From Takakia lepidozioides (lineage: Eukaryota > Plantae > Bryophyta): a stretch of 64,000 nt of DNA. Both the position numbers and the translations under genes were made by a program. The stretch is from positions 49,600,001 to 49,664,000 of the forward strand of contig CM060734.1 of the NCBI GenBank assembly GCA_030704615.1, written 5' to 3'. Every line of letters starts with the position of its first letter. Position 1 is the stretch's first letter. Below, in pieces: positions 37,099 through 51,520 of the stretch. The notes below the pieces were generated by a model that ran no database searches, was not told the DNA's origin, and saw only the letters and a program-made list of their open reading frames with translations.

Positions 37099-38405
37099 GT
37101 CATGCTAATTAACAATGCTCACACTTCATAAGTTCCATAAACAATAGTTTAATCATAAAACTTTAGCTGAAATGAAACATATAAATTGTGATTGATACCT
37201 TCATCCATTGGAGGCGCTTAGCAGCATCCAACTTTTCAGGATGAGTGGTTGCATATATAATCAACAACCGCAACTTGTTTTCTAGACTCATGTTCTGCCA
37301 TAATTCACTTCATGTTCACCATGAATATCAAGTTTTTTTTCATGACATTACAATTTCCAACTTTAGACAATAAAAATATATATTTAATATAGACATACAA
37401 TGAATAGCAAGTTATTCTTCTTTAAGCATTCAACAGATGGTGCCATTGGATGATTAGGGCACAATTTGGCCACCTTACAAATGGTCGTGTGTTCAAAGCT
37501 ACAAAAGTGTATGTTAGATGTCATCCACTATATCCAACTAGCTATAAAGGGAGGCTCCCTGGATCTACCAATGACTTAATATGGGTATTTGGGGAGTTTT
37601 TAAGATCTAGACAACACGTTGTCCTAGTTATTAGAAGGTGTCCAAATGGAAGACATTAGTCACTTGGGGTGAAATGACACCATAAGTCACTTTTGTTTTG
37701 GCCAGAGTCTTGTTCTATATGCATAAATAACCATTAAAGTAAAACAGAGTATAGTGAATAAAATTTGCACCTGCTTGGAGATTATTATGCTAATGAGCTC
37801 CTTACTAGTTGCATCTCCATATACAAAATCTTGTTCTAGATTGCCAATGTCGTTTAAGCCATCACGTTTGATCTTTTCGTTTAATATTGTTGCAATCTAC
37901 ACGTCAAATCATTAGATCCACATCGTTATATTAATCAAATATAAGTAAAATTGGTTTAATGTAAGTCATTAAATCTTATACAAGTTTGTGTTTTTATATT
38001 ACATGTCTAATCATTTAATGAACATTTGAAAATATATAATTACATGTATGTATGTGAAGGCTAAGTTTGTCAAGTTGATCTCGATATCGAGGAAGAGCTT
38101 GCACCATCTTTTGCATCTCTCTTGTTGATATCTCTAGTCCCTCTCTGTCTGAACCAACAGATTATATTTATATATTTTATAAAACGTAATTTGAATATTG
38201 TTATTTGCTATCTAAGTCTAATTAAATACTGGCCTTCTCATTATACATTCAATTTTTGATAGAGATATAATATCACAAAACATTTATTTAAAAAATTGTA
38301 TTACACATCATATTATTAAATCGTAAAAAGCCTACATAAAAGTTTAGCTATATTGCATATGTGTTTGAAATACATATTACAGCTCAATTATTATATGTTA
38401 TTCAA

Positions 38406-38471
38406 GGCCCAACCCCCGAAAAGGGACAGTGGCCGAAAGGCGAAGTGACTCTTGGTCTCTCACTCTCTCTC
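38406..38471 (+). mobile_element. Short copy of the Dualen-like LINE 3' end
   Basis: GGCCCAACCCCCGAAAAGGGACAGTGGCCGAAAGGCGAAGTGACTCTT plus a (CT)n tail. Confidence 0.8.
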
Positions 38472-39191
38472 ATTCAAACTTTGAAATACATCAAATATAT
38501 TTTATATTAATATTGTTATATGTGTCTATTTATCTGACAAAATGATCATGGGCGAGGGGGGCGGGCAGGGAATCGGGATGGATATAGAATAAAAACACAT
38601 TCAAATTTTGCAACATGTTGGTCTCCACGGACTACCATCTCCAAAGTTGTGTAACAAAAGCATCATGGCTTAAGATCATATTACATATGAGAAAGGAAGA
38701 TAACCACAAATAACCTAACTGAATACTAGACAATTGTAAACATTAAAGTTTTGCTTTCGTGATTGAGATCCTAGACTGCACAGATGATAAATTTACAAAA
38801 GTCAACTAGTTGTCCTAAAATAAAATCCAGAGAATTAGTATTATATTAATAGTAATAATACAATTTTAGTCATCCTGCACCTTGCTTAGGTAACAGTCTA
38901 TAATAAGAAGAGACTTAATACAAATTTTGTCGTACCTTGTACCAAGGAGAATTTGAGCAGCCTTGTTCTTAAATCCAAATTGTTGCATCTTTTCTGTCAA
39001 ATGCAAGCTCGCCTATGCGACAAACATAAACACAGATGTTTAGAAACAATGTGGAGGTTAATTCATGTTAAATTGTCAATTAGTAATTTGCGATATGCTA
39101 CTAGTGATTGTATATATATATATTTCTGCCACTACAGGCTTTGGCACTACATCTACTATCTAGCTACAATAAATAGCAGAGATATGTTTTG

Positions 39192-39222
<31 letters not shown>

Positions 39223-42200
39223 TTTTTTTTTGGTAAGAGGATGGGAGACAGATCAGGCGGCCCCTTTTTTGTCAAATTCATTAAGTCATTTAATTTGACA
39301 AAAAGATGCTTTAAAGACCGAATCATGTTTGGTGCTTTAGAAAAACATTGGGTGAAAGTAGAGGTGTTCCGTGTGTGTGTGTGTGTGTGTGTAATGTCTT
39401 GGATGAAAGCATACTATAATTTACGTTTTCTTTGGCCCAATGAGTCATCTTTATTTCTCTTATACAGTAGAAAAAGAACTGACTATTTATTAATTGAGAA
39501 TATAATTGTTATGTGCATAGTACATACATCAGCAATGTGAAGATCACGTAATTCCATCCAAATGGGATCATGTTCTAGCAAGACCTCTTTCTGCTCGTTT
39601 TTACCTGAACTCGTTGTCATCTGCATATCAAGGTCTCATGTCCAAATATACTAACAGTTGGAAGGGGCCTGATTTGTGAGCTGTTGCTCCCAGGTGTTTC
39701 CCTTTCTTTAAATAATAATAATAATAATAATAATAATATATTTGTATTTTACTGCACATAATAAAATACATATAAAATGGGTAGAATGCAAAGTATGAAC
39801 ACCTCGGGCCTTTGGCATATTACCTGTTGGTATGGGGTCAAACCATTGTTGAGCAGGCAAGGGTATCCATATATACCTCGACCTACAAGTTTTGTTTACC
39901 TAGACCCGGACCCTTATCAAAGGTATGTTGTATGTTTCCCTCGTCCCGGACTCGGATGAAGGGTAAAACAATGACATTTACCCGACCCCTTAGGGCGGAT
40001 ATGTATTTTTTTGGCAGGTAAATGGAATCCGGAGAATAGGCTTGCTGGGCTTGCTGATCTTCATTATGTTGTGCCTCCAGCCAGCCAAACCCTGGCAATC
40101 AGACGGCCCTCACAAGTGCAAGTGGCCAGATCGTGGAGGTTTCTGGTGCGATGGGGTCCATTGGTTTTAGGGCACAAGGGAACTCACTTCCCAGGCGAAA
40201 AGGGCTGGTTCCCATGGTGCTTTTTGGCACCACCCGGCCCCGCGGCGGGAATGGACACTTTCTGGCTTTTTTTTTTTTCAGGCCCCTGTTTTTTACAAAG
40301 GGGTGTTGCAGCCCCCTTTTTTTTTGTGCTTTTAGGCTGAATATTGTCTAAAAAGGTAGGGCTGGTACCTACATTTTGTTTTTACATTCTTGGGATTGAA
40401 ACTTGTTTTTTAAGCATTGATTTAGTATGCTAAACGTATAATTTTTTTTTCTTGTTATTAAAATCTGATTGGTTTATATTAGTTATGTTGCCAATCCTTA
40501 GAGAAATTACCATTTATCTGACCCTTATCCTACCTAAACCTGTATTTATCCTTCAGGTATATCCAGATTATCCGGACCCGTTAAATAACCTTACCCTCAG
40601 GTTATATTTTGATATTACCTGGTTATCCCCTGACCCGGTGTGTTCTACAAATGTGCATTCCCCGAAACCGATCCTTACTTTCCATTGAAAAATAATAATA
40701 CCTTGACCCGCCAGATAAATCTTTTCTCAAAATTCAGGTTACCATTACCCTAAAGGAAAATAAAACCAAAACCCACTCAACACTGGTTCATCCACCAACA
40801 AAGAAACATATGATAGCAAACAAGGGAAAAAGATAAAGAAAGATCTCATGTCATCAATATAAATATTTTAAGAAATTGTATAAAATCTTCTTGAAGTTGG
40901 AGTACCTCTGACCTCATATGAATATTTGTTGCTGTCAAGATCTAATAAATCATGACACATTGCATCATAGGTCCACTCATGTATAAATGGTGCCACCTAC
41001 GCCTAGTTCAAAATATTTATTTGAGAATATTCATAAATAACTCAATATTGAACTGGTATATGTATAGCATCATGATATGAAAATTTATATCTTAAGAAAC
41101 TAATGATAAATATCTCAACGAAATACATTAGCAAATCAGAATAAATTTATATTATTAGCTTAATCTTAATTTTAGTTCAATAAATACTTATTATAATATT
41201 TTCCAAAGATTTTATTTTTATTATGGAGTAATACAAGTATAAATAAATTGAAACCAATTATAAATAGAATGCAGATGAAATACCAGATCAATGGTGCGAT
41301 CAACAATGACAAGCTCACATGTCTCCGTTGGTGGAAAATTGAACAAAGAAGATTTGTATTTCATAGGTCGTTCCCAAAGTGCAGTTGCCACCTTTTGTGA
41401 AACTACATTAGAAGTTGTGGAGCTATCTTCAAAGGTAGGTTTGGCTACACGATATCGTACAAATGGAAACTCCTACATACATACCCACACACTAATTTGT
41501 GAAACTATTTTTTCTGTTTAAGATGTATTTGAATGTCATTAATTAGTATTATATATCATATAAAACATTACATATATCACAAATTCTTATGAACATAGTG
41601 TCAAACATTTATCAATATCTGGTACAATATGCTGTGAAAATTGGTGCAATAAGGTGTGATTAGAAATTACAGAAAAAAACAAAAAAAAACAATGATACCT
41701 TCATAGATGCAAACACTGTAGAAAGTCGGGATGCAATAATATCAATGCAAACATTAAAATCGTGAGTACCGGTAGCATGCTCTCCAAATAATTGCTCCAA
41801 TGCTTTCTCATTATCAGTAATAAATCCCTATATATATCAGTAAATAATTTAATTATTAAAATAATTATATATAAAATTTGTGATCACATTCTCATGATTA
41901 TATGCTTCACAAATATACTTTTGAACATTTATCTTCTGTAGAAAAGAAATCATATAATCTTTACATACATACAGAAATATTCAGTATTTTGTGTGTTAGA
42001 ACTAATTTTAAGAAACTACAAAACCATATATATTATACAGTGTTTTAAGATCATTATCTTGTAATTTTTAAGATAATTGAGTTATAAGAAGTAATACCTG
42101 GGTATCAATTGTCAAATATTCTAAATTCATCTGCATAAATTTCACACAACATCATATCCAATAAGTGGAAGTCTTTAAAATATTCTAAGCATCTAAAAAT

Positions 42201-42689
42201 TTGACACTAAAAACAATTTGACGGAAGAATATTAATGATCAAATATGTATCCATGAATGCAGTAGGATCTAAGATGCTAGGGCCTATGGCTCCATGTTTT
42301 GTGGTAAGTAAGAGTGTGAGAACTTAGTTTTTTTTCCTTTCCGTTGGTGGCGTAGGATTCATTGTCTCTCTCATGTTTTGTAAATTAGTTAATCTCTTTT
42401 ATCATTAGCTTCTCCTATTTGTGTTTTCAAATCCATAGCTTGTCCTTTGTAGATTGTTTCTCAGGTACTCATATTTGTTCAGCCAGACTCAAGTTCAAGT
42501 TAGATTCTAGCGATCGGGGCTTTGCCAATGGTCAATTTGGCAGAGCGATGAGCACCAATGTTTTAATCTAGCTTTTAACTTAGTGTTTTAAGGTTGATAT
42601 CACCAAGGTGGCCCAAGTTTCCAATAGGGTATGAAAATCATCTTGCCTCACCCAACGCATTCCCCAGAATTCTTTCAATTGGGTAGTGA

Positions 42690-42850
42690 GGCCAAGGTTG
42701 CACAAAATGACTCTCTAGCTGGGACTAAACACGTCGGCATCACGTCGTAAGTCACGTCATGACTCCACATCCTAGCGTCATTTTGCGTCATTTTTCTTCA
42801 AATATTTTGGAATATTCACGTCAAGTCACGTCATTTTGTGCAACCTAGCC
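42690..42850. mobile_element. Tourist/PIF-like MITE in SEC1 intron 6
   Basis: TIRs GGCCAAGGTTGCACAAAATGAC and GTCATTTTGTGCAACCTAGCC. Flanks are TGA and CGA. Internal CACGTCA repeats. Confidence 0.65.
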
Positions 42851-45800
42851 CGAGGCAGAATATAATACCCAAAAAAAGACTGGCCCATATATACATAAAT
42901 AATAATATTGGACCTACGAGGTGATTAATGAGGAGATGCAAAACCGAATCAAACTTAAAAATAAATAAGGTTTCCAAAGTTTTGGCAGATATTATTTCTG
43001 AAGATAAAAAATAGGATGAAGAATTGAACTGCTAATGGGATCGAACGGCAAAGGATGTACAAATGGCTCATAATTTGTGAGGCCATGTGTGGAGGAGAGC
43101 TGAGATGTAGGATATGTGGAGCCCTCCTTCTAGAAGGCTCTACCACCGCTTGACTGGGCTGGGCGGAGGCTGGGCCCATCGCCATGAGAGAGTATATAAA
43201 AGAGGGTGCTTGGGGTTGTGCTTTGCAGGCTTCTCCCACCTCAACCATACTTTTGTGGGCTCGGTAATTAGGGTCCCATTTTCAAAATGTAAAGTGGAAC
43301 TTGGACCATCTTTAAATGAATACAAACCTCAATAATAGCCTCAATATCTGGGAATCACGATTAGCATGGCTCCATGACAGTTTGGCTACCAAGTGCCTTC
43401 GTTTTTGTTTTTTCAACTTTCAACTTATATCTCATGCAAATTCACACAAATTGTTTGCGGCTATCTTCATCACTCTTTTTATTTATCAGTGAGGTTATAT
43501 GGGCTCAATGGAAGTTTTATTACTGGGGGAATTAGCAGGTCTCATAGATGCTTAGCCGACACAACAATACCAAATTGAGTTCTTAGGGTTCTCATAGGAT
43601 ATCGCATTGGTCTTCATAAAAGTGGAGGACATTTTGTCCACCTCTTTTAATTGCTTCACATTTATTACCAGCCTCATCATTCATTTGGATCATTGTTTGA
43701 TGTTTCTCTTAGGCGTGCTGTGTTAGAGTATATGTATGGTGTTTTGCCAGAACCTGTCTGTGTATTGGAAAAGAACTTGGTAAGGGAAAACAGATAAGAT
43801 TTGACACAAATGCACTGCACTTCAGCAAGCTTCTGCTAAAACATCTCACTTAGACCCTCTCTTTGCTTGCTCATTAAGTCTTCTCTTCCTCTTGCCCTCT
43901 CCCTATCTTGTCTTTCGGGCGTTTTTTTTTAAATTCTTTTAATGCTTCATTTTTTGTTCTCTATTCTTTAAAAGGTAGAGAGTATCCATGTTTTCAGTTT
44001 TAGGTTTAGATTGTTAAGTTGCAAGAGCTCGCAACTTGTTGTGTTTCATAGTAAAGGTGTTGTCAGTCATTAATCGTGATTCCGATGGTTGTTACGGGTT
44101 AATCAACTCGATATAAAAGTCTATTATAGCTCTTTATCCTGGTTTTTTTCCCAATACTATTTTTAATTTTGAATTGGATTTCTTAAAAATAAAGATAAAT
44201 CAAATATTTAGGTTTTAAATTATTTTTATTTTTATATCAAAGACATCTAGCCTACATATAGTGTACATATAAAGCATTACCTCTTTAAGAGTTGCAATTC
44301 GAGGCAAAATGCTTGCATTGTTCTTTATAGTTTGCAACAACTCTTGATCAATAGGCGAACTAAAGAATATATATGCTCTGCCACCAACATTAGAATCTGG
44401 TGAGTAGATACTAGACATATTATTTATATTATTATTTTAGTTTGATAGAAATATTTGAATTCTAATTTTTTACCCAGTATTAAATAATTATAATATGTCT
44501 GTCATCAACAACGTCCATGATAACCAGGGCCGGCGAGTCAAAAAATAAAATAAAATAAATAAATATAGTTTTTTTTTCTTTCTGATAAATGGACAGCTGG
44601 GTAGCTAGCTAGGTAGAGAGGGGCATAGTAGGGAAAAATAAAACATGAATGTTTGAGTAAAGGCATCCAGGCTCATGCAAAAACTAACAAAAGAGGAAAC
44701 TCCACTTGCATCAACAGTCAGAAAACTGCCCATGTTTTCTCCAGGAATTCTAAACATCCCATCACTAACATAAAGCCAAACTTACTTTTTGTACACAGAT
44801 GCTTTGCCTGACATATCTCCAATTAATACTCTTACACTGCACAAGCATTTCCATAAATAAAGATTATCTTTATAATATATTTTAATTTATAACTCCATAG
44901 ATTTATTAAATACTAAAATTAACAAAACAGCTAGATTTAATCAAAATATTAAACATCGACATGGGTAAATCATATTTGTCTTAATTTATATACTACATGT
45001 ACTTCTCCATTATACACTAACCTGTCCTAGGATGGTTGAATAAAATAGATAGCTTCAAGAGCGGGTAATGGTTCTCTACTTTTCATCAAATTTTCAACCA
45101 CTGTATTAAAGAAGACCCACAACACGAAACGTGTCATTTCTACGTTCTAAATCAGCTTTATGTTGCTATTAATGTAAAATTGCACTATAAAATTGATCCA
45201 CCACTTCATCCATGAAGAAAACAAATAATCAACAAAGGAAAATTTATAGGAATATAAACTAATATGTCAAGGACTTTATTTTAAAATATTTATTTATAGA
45301 ATGCAGAGATATGATGATAATATTTCTTTACCATACATGTGCATAAAAGGTGAAGACAAGATAAAAGGTGAACACTAAAAACTATTTACAAGAGATGCCT
45401 TTGTCGGTGAAATCTGTCATCTTGCATGAGCATGACATTATCTTTAGTGTCATCTCATCCATTATAAGCACCTGATTAATGATCACCAAGCACTCTAGTT
45501 TTTATACATGTAAACAAGAAAACCTATTTGAATACTCTATCTATCTGAGATAAGGAAATTCGATTTACATGAAATTGTAAAAGTAATATCTAATTTGGGC
45601 AGTCAAATCTAGTTAGTTCAAGATCATGTATGAAATTTCATGAGTTCACAAAAATACGCCCTAACATACTAATTCCATGCAGCATTTGAAGATTGACTTG
45701 AAACATTCTAATTTGTATGCTAGTAAATTCATAACATGTTTTTTGTTTTTTTTAAACATGTTTGTTTGGAATCAGGATATATAAAAAGACATTCAACAAC

Positions 45801-46885
45801 CTTCCATTGTGGTGAGTTGGTGCCATTATATTTACTATTCAACATCTCGTGAAGAAGTCCTGCATACATGCGTCCAGTAGCTGTGATAAAATTACATCAT
45901 ATACACCTTAATATACTTGATTATGTCTCCCGTGTAGCGTTCATGTTTAGATAATTAAAAAATATTTTAAATAAATATTCGATATTGAAATTTGTGCCGT
46001 TTCTGTGCTAATATGGCAAAGTTAAATTCCCACCTTTGTAGCTATTTACTCGATGTATTTTGTTTATTAACGATGTACAATCACTTAGCTTTGTGATATG
46101 ATGTTTAATTGAATCGATTGCAATGAAAGTTTTCTATATTAATAATGTGAATATAAATTAACAGCATAAACCATCTGTGCATTTTTTTTTTCTGAACTCC
46201 CTGGCATATAAATTAGCAGTAATTGATCACTGATATTTTGAAGAAGGGCGGAGTCTTGCCACTTTATAAAGTGGCTTAGATATATAAAAGTATGTATTAT
46301 AAATATATCAAGTACAAATAGTTAAAATTTCAAAATAAAAACTATCTTACTATCTCGTGTTTCCTGTCGAAATGAGTGAAAAGCGTGAAAACCTCCATGT
46401 GAAGAACCATCACTAGCCATGAATAGTACATATGCTAAGTTTTTCTTTTTGTTCTCAATATCTCTTTGCAAATCATAAGAACATACTTATAAGTCACAAG
46501 TCACAACATGTCACTGAACACCTGCACAGCAAAAGTTGCCTACAACCATATATGTAACAGTACGCAAGTGTGAGACACTACAATGTAGAATTTTAATAAA
46601 TTATGTACAATGTCTCTTTAAACCAAATTATATCATTTGAAAGGGCGTTAATAGGTATAATATTCTCAGAGCAAATGAAGTGAGGACATGCAACTTTTGC
46701 AAGGACAATTGAAAAATCATCCGGATGCTCCATCACGGTTACCGTGTTCAGGCCTTATGGCATGCCTTCCGGCCCAAAAGGGTTTTAATTTTTTTTTTCC
46801 CTTCAATAATTTGAATAAAGTTTTAACGGGCTTCCTCCCCTCCCTCAAAAAAAAACAAAAAAACATTTAAAGGTAAACTTTGGAG

Positions 46886-47544
46886 CAGCGTTTTTTTTTT
46901 CATTTAAGAAGTTGAGCCACGTTGGCTCCTGGCTGGCCTATGAGGAAGATCAATTGGCGACTCTGTGGCATGTGATCTCGAACCGGTGGCTACTGTCAAG
47001 AATGTTTGATGAGTTTTATGTGAACTCAACTCATGTAGTGTTCGGTTTGTGGGAGCGACAAGGGAGGTAATTTTTTCTAAGTAACAACGACACTGCATCT
47101 TGCAAAGCCTAGCACAACTCTGTCACATGGATACAATCCATTGACAAATATGACTAATCTTGTGCAAGATCAGCAACTCTGCTCAAAGCCTCATGTGCCA
47201 ATGCAAGAGACGGTGCAAGTCTGCTCAAATGGAGGTGCATGACACGGATACTAGGCATGTAAGCGAAAGCGGGAAGAGTTTGAACCCAAGGCTTTGCTCC
47301 TTGTGCTGGCAAGGTGGTAGGGTTTCTAGAAATTGATAGGCAAGATCATCTGGATCTAACGAACCCAAATGGCATGTGCTCTCTCTGTGTGACAGTTGTA
47401 CAGGCGGCGTCCTGATTGCAGCGACATGATGGTATTAGGGAGGGCAACAGTGCCATATTTTAACCCATAATTCCTTTGTAAATTTCGTGAGGCCAATTTC
47501 TGGATCGAAAAGTGGCGAAATTTCGCGCATAAAAAAAAACGCTG
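46886..47544. mobile_element. Non-autonomous hAT element, 659 bp
   Basis: TIRs CAGCGTTTTTTTTT and AAAAAAAAACGCTG. Perfect 8-bp TSD CTTTGGAG at 46878-46885 and 47545-47552. Confidence 0.92.
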
Positions 47545-49104
47545 CTTTGGAGATGACCTAATCTTTCCAAAAGTGAGCTATTAGAATAGATACAATTTTT
47601 TTATGGAGAAGATGAAATAAATGAAAATGATACATAGCTGATGGAAATTTATTAATAAGTAACATAAGAAATGTAACATAATATAATTTTAAAATTGAAT
47701 AACCTAGATTATAAAAAGATACATTTCAATAAAATACAAATTGTACTATGATTGGGGAGAGTCGCTTAACACCAATTTTTAAAGGAAAAAGAAAATCCTT
47801 AATTAACACATGGGTGATATTGAATGCCCCCGTCCCCTTTTCTTTCAAAACAAAAAGAAAAAAAGAAAAGAAAAAAGAAAAACATGGCATACCAAACAAA
47901 ATCCTATACCGGGTATGATGTGTAAAAATAACTAAATGCATATTGGTATCCCATATGTATATTGCTATAGTGCTAAGGCACCTAGATATAATGATATTAT
48001 CATTACTACTAATATATTAATATTAGTCCTCTTGAATTCAGGCTTGCCAGAAAGGAATATATATCAAGGCAGTTAGCTTGTAGGCGGTGAAGACAGGTAG
48101 CTTGTAGGGGGGGGGGGGGGGGGGGGGGGGTGGTATTTGTCGAAGTGATCCCACTTCCACGGTATTCTTGGTTATCATGGGGGTTTTCTCCCACCCTTAC
48201 CTGGGATAGGTATTTCTCGCGACATTCTACTGATATCCGGCATCACCCATGCGGCATGCCTTCCGGCAGCCTTCAGGCACAAGGGTTTTTATTTTTTCCC
48301 TTCAATAACTTCAATAAAGCTTTCAGGGCCACAGTACCTGTTTCCTATATATATATATATATGTTTCAAGGAGATGGTAATTATCATAATCAGGGCCTCC
48401 GTCCCCTGTTTTTAAGAAACGATTTATCATAATTACATAATAATTTTGTTCAGAGATGGAAACATACAAATGTTCCATTTGGAGTATAATAAGGAGCTAA
48501 GAAGTGTAATAAAATATGTCAAACTTTCAGAGATAAAGATGTAGAACATTACTGTAATACACAATAAAAACAGTCGGCTGCTGTTTTTCTCAAAAATTGC
48601 AAGCTTTCTGTAATAGGTAACCATGCATTGTACATGAGATATTGTGCACAAAAGAAATTGACAGATAAGTCACATACTTTGTGCCAAGGGAAACATGTAA
48701 AAAAAGCAGGCCTGAGAAAGAGTTGGTGGTGGTATCCACATGTGGATGTGGGTTGCTAGCTTGACCAGGTAGAATATTATTATGACAAGATTTGAAGGGG
48801 TGACAAAACATGTAGATATGAAAGGACTCAGTGACATCAAAAGGTAGGGTATGTTAGATCAAACTCTTTTGCAGGTTTAGAAAAGTTAGATCTCAAGGAA
48901 CTGCAACAAGTTTAGCCGCATATTTAGTAAAGAGACTTCACCACTCATGTGCCTAACTGAACAGGGTTGAACTGACAGGTGTGATACATTCCCACTTGGC
49001 CATTCGGCTGTACAAAACATAAGAGTATAAATTTACAGAGTGAATCTAGCTAGCTACCTACCTCACTACACCAGTGCCACTTCCTTGAGGGAAATATTTT
49101 CCTA

Positions 49105-50230
49105 TCAATGTAGTTGAGAAGTAACCCTTGAGAAGAGTCTGTTCATGAAGATAACCTCCTGACGTGGCTCATAAATAGCCACAATGACATGGTTGGAGAG
49201 TGGATTTAGAGCTACCAGATGAGATTGACTTTCTTGGACATCAGCTACAGGTCTTGTCAAATAGTTACAGTCAGATCCCAATAATTTGGCAAGACCTGTA
49301 GCTGAAGTCCCCAGAAACTCCACATCATTTGGTAGCTGCACACTAATCCACCGCACACTCTGGCTCACTTGACCATCTTTCACAGGTGCTTGAACAACAC
49401 TCAAAGCTGTATCCATTGTGCCCACCATGTAGAGCTTGCCATCGCTGCCAGCCATTGCAGATACGAGACAGGGGTCCCATCCCAAAAGAGTCCCACAGCT
49501 CTGGCCCCTCACTGGCTGCCACATGTCCTCCTCTGGCAAGTACTGTTGATAGCAACCAAGTCCAACAGCACAAAGCTTTCCGTCTAGCATTGTGCTTGGC
49601 TTTCCCCACCCACTTTGCAGGCTGGGCTTGATTTGAAGCCACAAATCAAGTTCTGGATCATACATACCAGAGTTCGTACCGGGCTGAAGGGGTGGGCTGT
49701 GACGTTGCCTCTTGCATTCGCAACATACTCCCAGCTGTCAGCCACTGGATCATAGATTTCAAGGCAAGGAAGGGTATAGAAGGTAAGGTGGCAAATGCCA
49801 GATCCACCCACCACATACAGTTTGTTATTTATCAAGCCCACTAGGCAGCCAAACCGTGGCGTCGACATTGGTTTCGCCCTCCTCCACTTGTTCTTTTGAG
49901 AGTTATACACCCACATATCCCTGACCATGGGCGACATTTAAAGCCACCATACTCAAGAGTTCGTCAAAATAGAATTCATCTAATAAAAACCTACTAACAA
50001 ATATCCGCACAAGTCCCCTGAATAAGGTTCATCCATGTGGAAGAAAGGGCCTGTCGCTAGATTGTGACTTAACTATCTTGTCACAGAACCAGTATCAGAC
50101 CTAATTCAACAAAAAACACAACCACAAAACAATGAGGACATCAGCTAGTGACTCAAGTGCCGGCCTGCCAAAGGGAGCTCCTCCCACCACATACAAATTT
50201 CCATGGAGAGATGGAAAGCAGGGTGGAGCA
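49105..50230 (-). pseudogene. Kelch-repeat (F-box/kelch-type) pseudogene
   Basis: Kelch motifs GNLYVVGG, WRRAKPMSTPRFGC...KLYVVGG, EIYDPVADSW and YDPELDLW are split over frames (ORFs 49584-49937 and 49105-49665). No intact F-box was recognised. Confidence 0.75.
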
Positions 50231-50629
50231 ATAGGGTGGACAAACATACGCACATGCACACTTAACAGCTTGTGTCGGACGTATTATCTTCAGTGGATTG
50301 TCCGATCACAGCTTGCAGGTAGACTTCTAAAGAGCTTGAACTCTTCTCTTCATGTGAAAGCCCCTTCTCTGTGACCTGATTCTAAGGAAGGGTTGGTCCA
50401 AGTGGACACCTCCCAAACATGATATTGTTGCCCCCATGCTGCCCACCCCCTTTCTCTTTAGCTGGCATGTGGAAAAACCCAAAGAAGCATTCCATCACAC
50501 CAACGCAGGACACCTTCTGCTCTCACAGTATGTGGCTCATTCAAGGAAGCCTGGGGTATTACGTTGCGGCTCAAGAGATAATTGCAGACATCTGTGACTG
50601 ACTTTGACCAAAAACACTCAGATGGTCTC

Positions 50630-51520
50630 GTCAAAAGTTTGTTGCATGACTCTCATCCTTCAACTCTAAGTCTTCCAATTGCGGGTCTTCAATCCAGGTG
50701 AGTTTAAGCTTCCCCTTGAATATGTCAATTCTCCATCCTTTGCAAAATGAAAGTCTCCTGTCTCTGGACTTAGCCTGTTTGACAGGGCGATCCTGCTTCC
50801 AAGACATAGAATCGATTAACTTATATCTGATATTAGTCATATGTTGCAACTGGCCCCACCATCTGACCTTGAATTCATCTCGTCAGGAGCTTAAGGGAGG
50901 GATGCCAAACTCACCCTAACAGCCACGTTGGCTGTTTTGGAGCATGCTGACATGCACTCCTTAAGCACCGCCATTTGAAAGTGTTCTAGAGACTTAGCCT
51001 GGTTGTAGTTATGTACTCATAAGACGTTGTTTGCAGTAGCCTTGTGCCCATTGACCCCGCGCCCAGTTTGAGCGGAACACAAAGGGACGGAACCTACCTT
51101 TGTCAGGGGCTGACGCTGGTAGTAAGACTTACCTTGGAATAGATAACTGATCTGGGTTTTCCAGATATCCTCTAGAAATCCCTTTACACAAGCATCAACC
51201 TGCTGTGTGTGGTTTGCCCAATAATTAGGCCCCAAAAGGGCCTGGGCTTTTGGCTCAGCCTCGAGACTTTCAAAGTTGGTAAAACAGAGGATAGGCAAAA
51301 TTCCCTTGATAGATTTGAAGAGAGCGTCTCTCTGGTGAGAGAACCCCGGACAATGAATCAGAAGTGGAATATTGTCTTCAGGTTGCCCACACAACGGGTA
51401 ATTGTACTCTACCTTTCCTCTCTGCTTCTGTTAGCTGTTCAAAGGTAGGCTTCCCGCGTGTGCAGCTTCACTCGCCACTGCCCAATATCACACTCGAGTT
51501 TACAAAGGAGATACCATTAA
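50630..51520 (-). mobile_element. Degenerate non-LTR retrotransposon C-terminal fragments (RTE/RTEX-like)
   Basis: Post-RT pattern LEHFQ...TANVAVR/EFGIPPL...KVRWWGQLQHM. C-terminal pattern GSLPLN...LCGQPEDNIPLLIHCPGFSHQR. Confidence 0.6.

Larger units (their letters stand above)
34411..46420 (-). pseudogene. SEC1: SEC1/KEULE-family SM protein gene, 21 exons, apparently disabled
   Basis: GT-AG exons at 46351-46420, 45801-45859, 45390-45471, 45022-45100, 44786-44836, 44281-44377, 42098-42130, 41699-41827, 41284-41472, 40913-40996, 39528-39620, 38936-39012, 38044-38144, 37771-37896, 37199-37294, 36514-36627, 36012-36089, 35136-35344, 34865-34964, 34557-34611 and 34411-34446. Motifs [33 protein letters not shown] and GGITRSE. 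Lesions: TAG at 45027-45029, a 4-bp duplication in exon 13, and a frameshifting deletion in exon 20. Confidence 0.9.

Noticed and set aside
38953-39540. 195-aa plus-strand ORF
   Set aside because: It runs antisense through a SEC1 exon and intronic microsatellites (GTTTT, GT repeats) and is low complexity.
45027-45029. Stop codon repaired by U-to-C RNA editing or readthrough
   Set aside because: Such editing is organellar, and two further frameshifting lesions exist in the same nuclear gene.
48107-48130. 24-nt poly-G run as a functional G-quadruplex
   Set aside because: It is a simple homopolymer of unreliable length with no supporting context.
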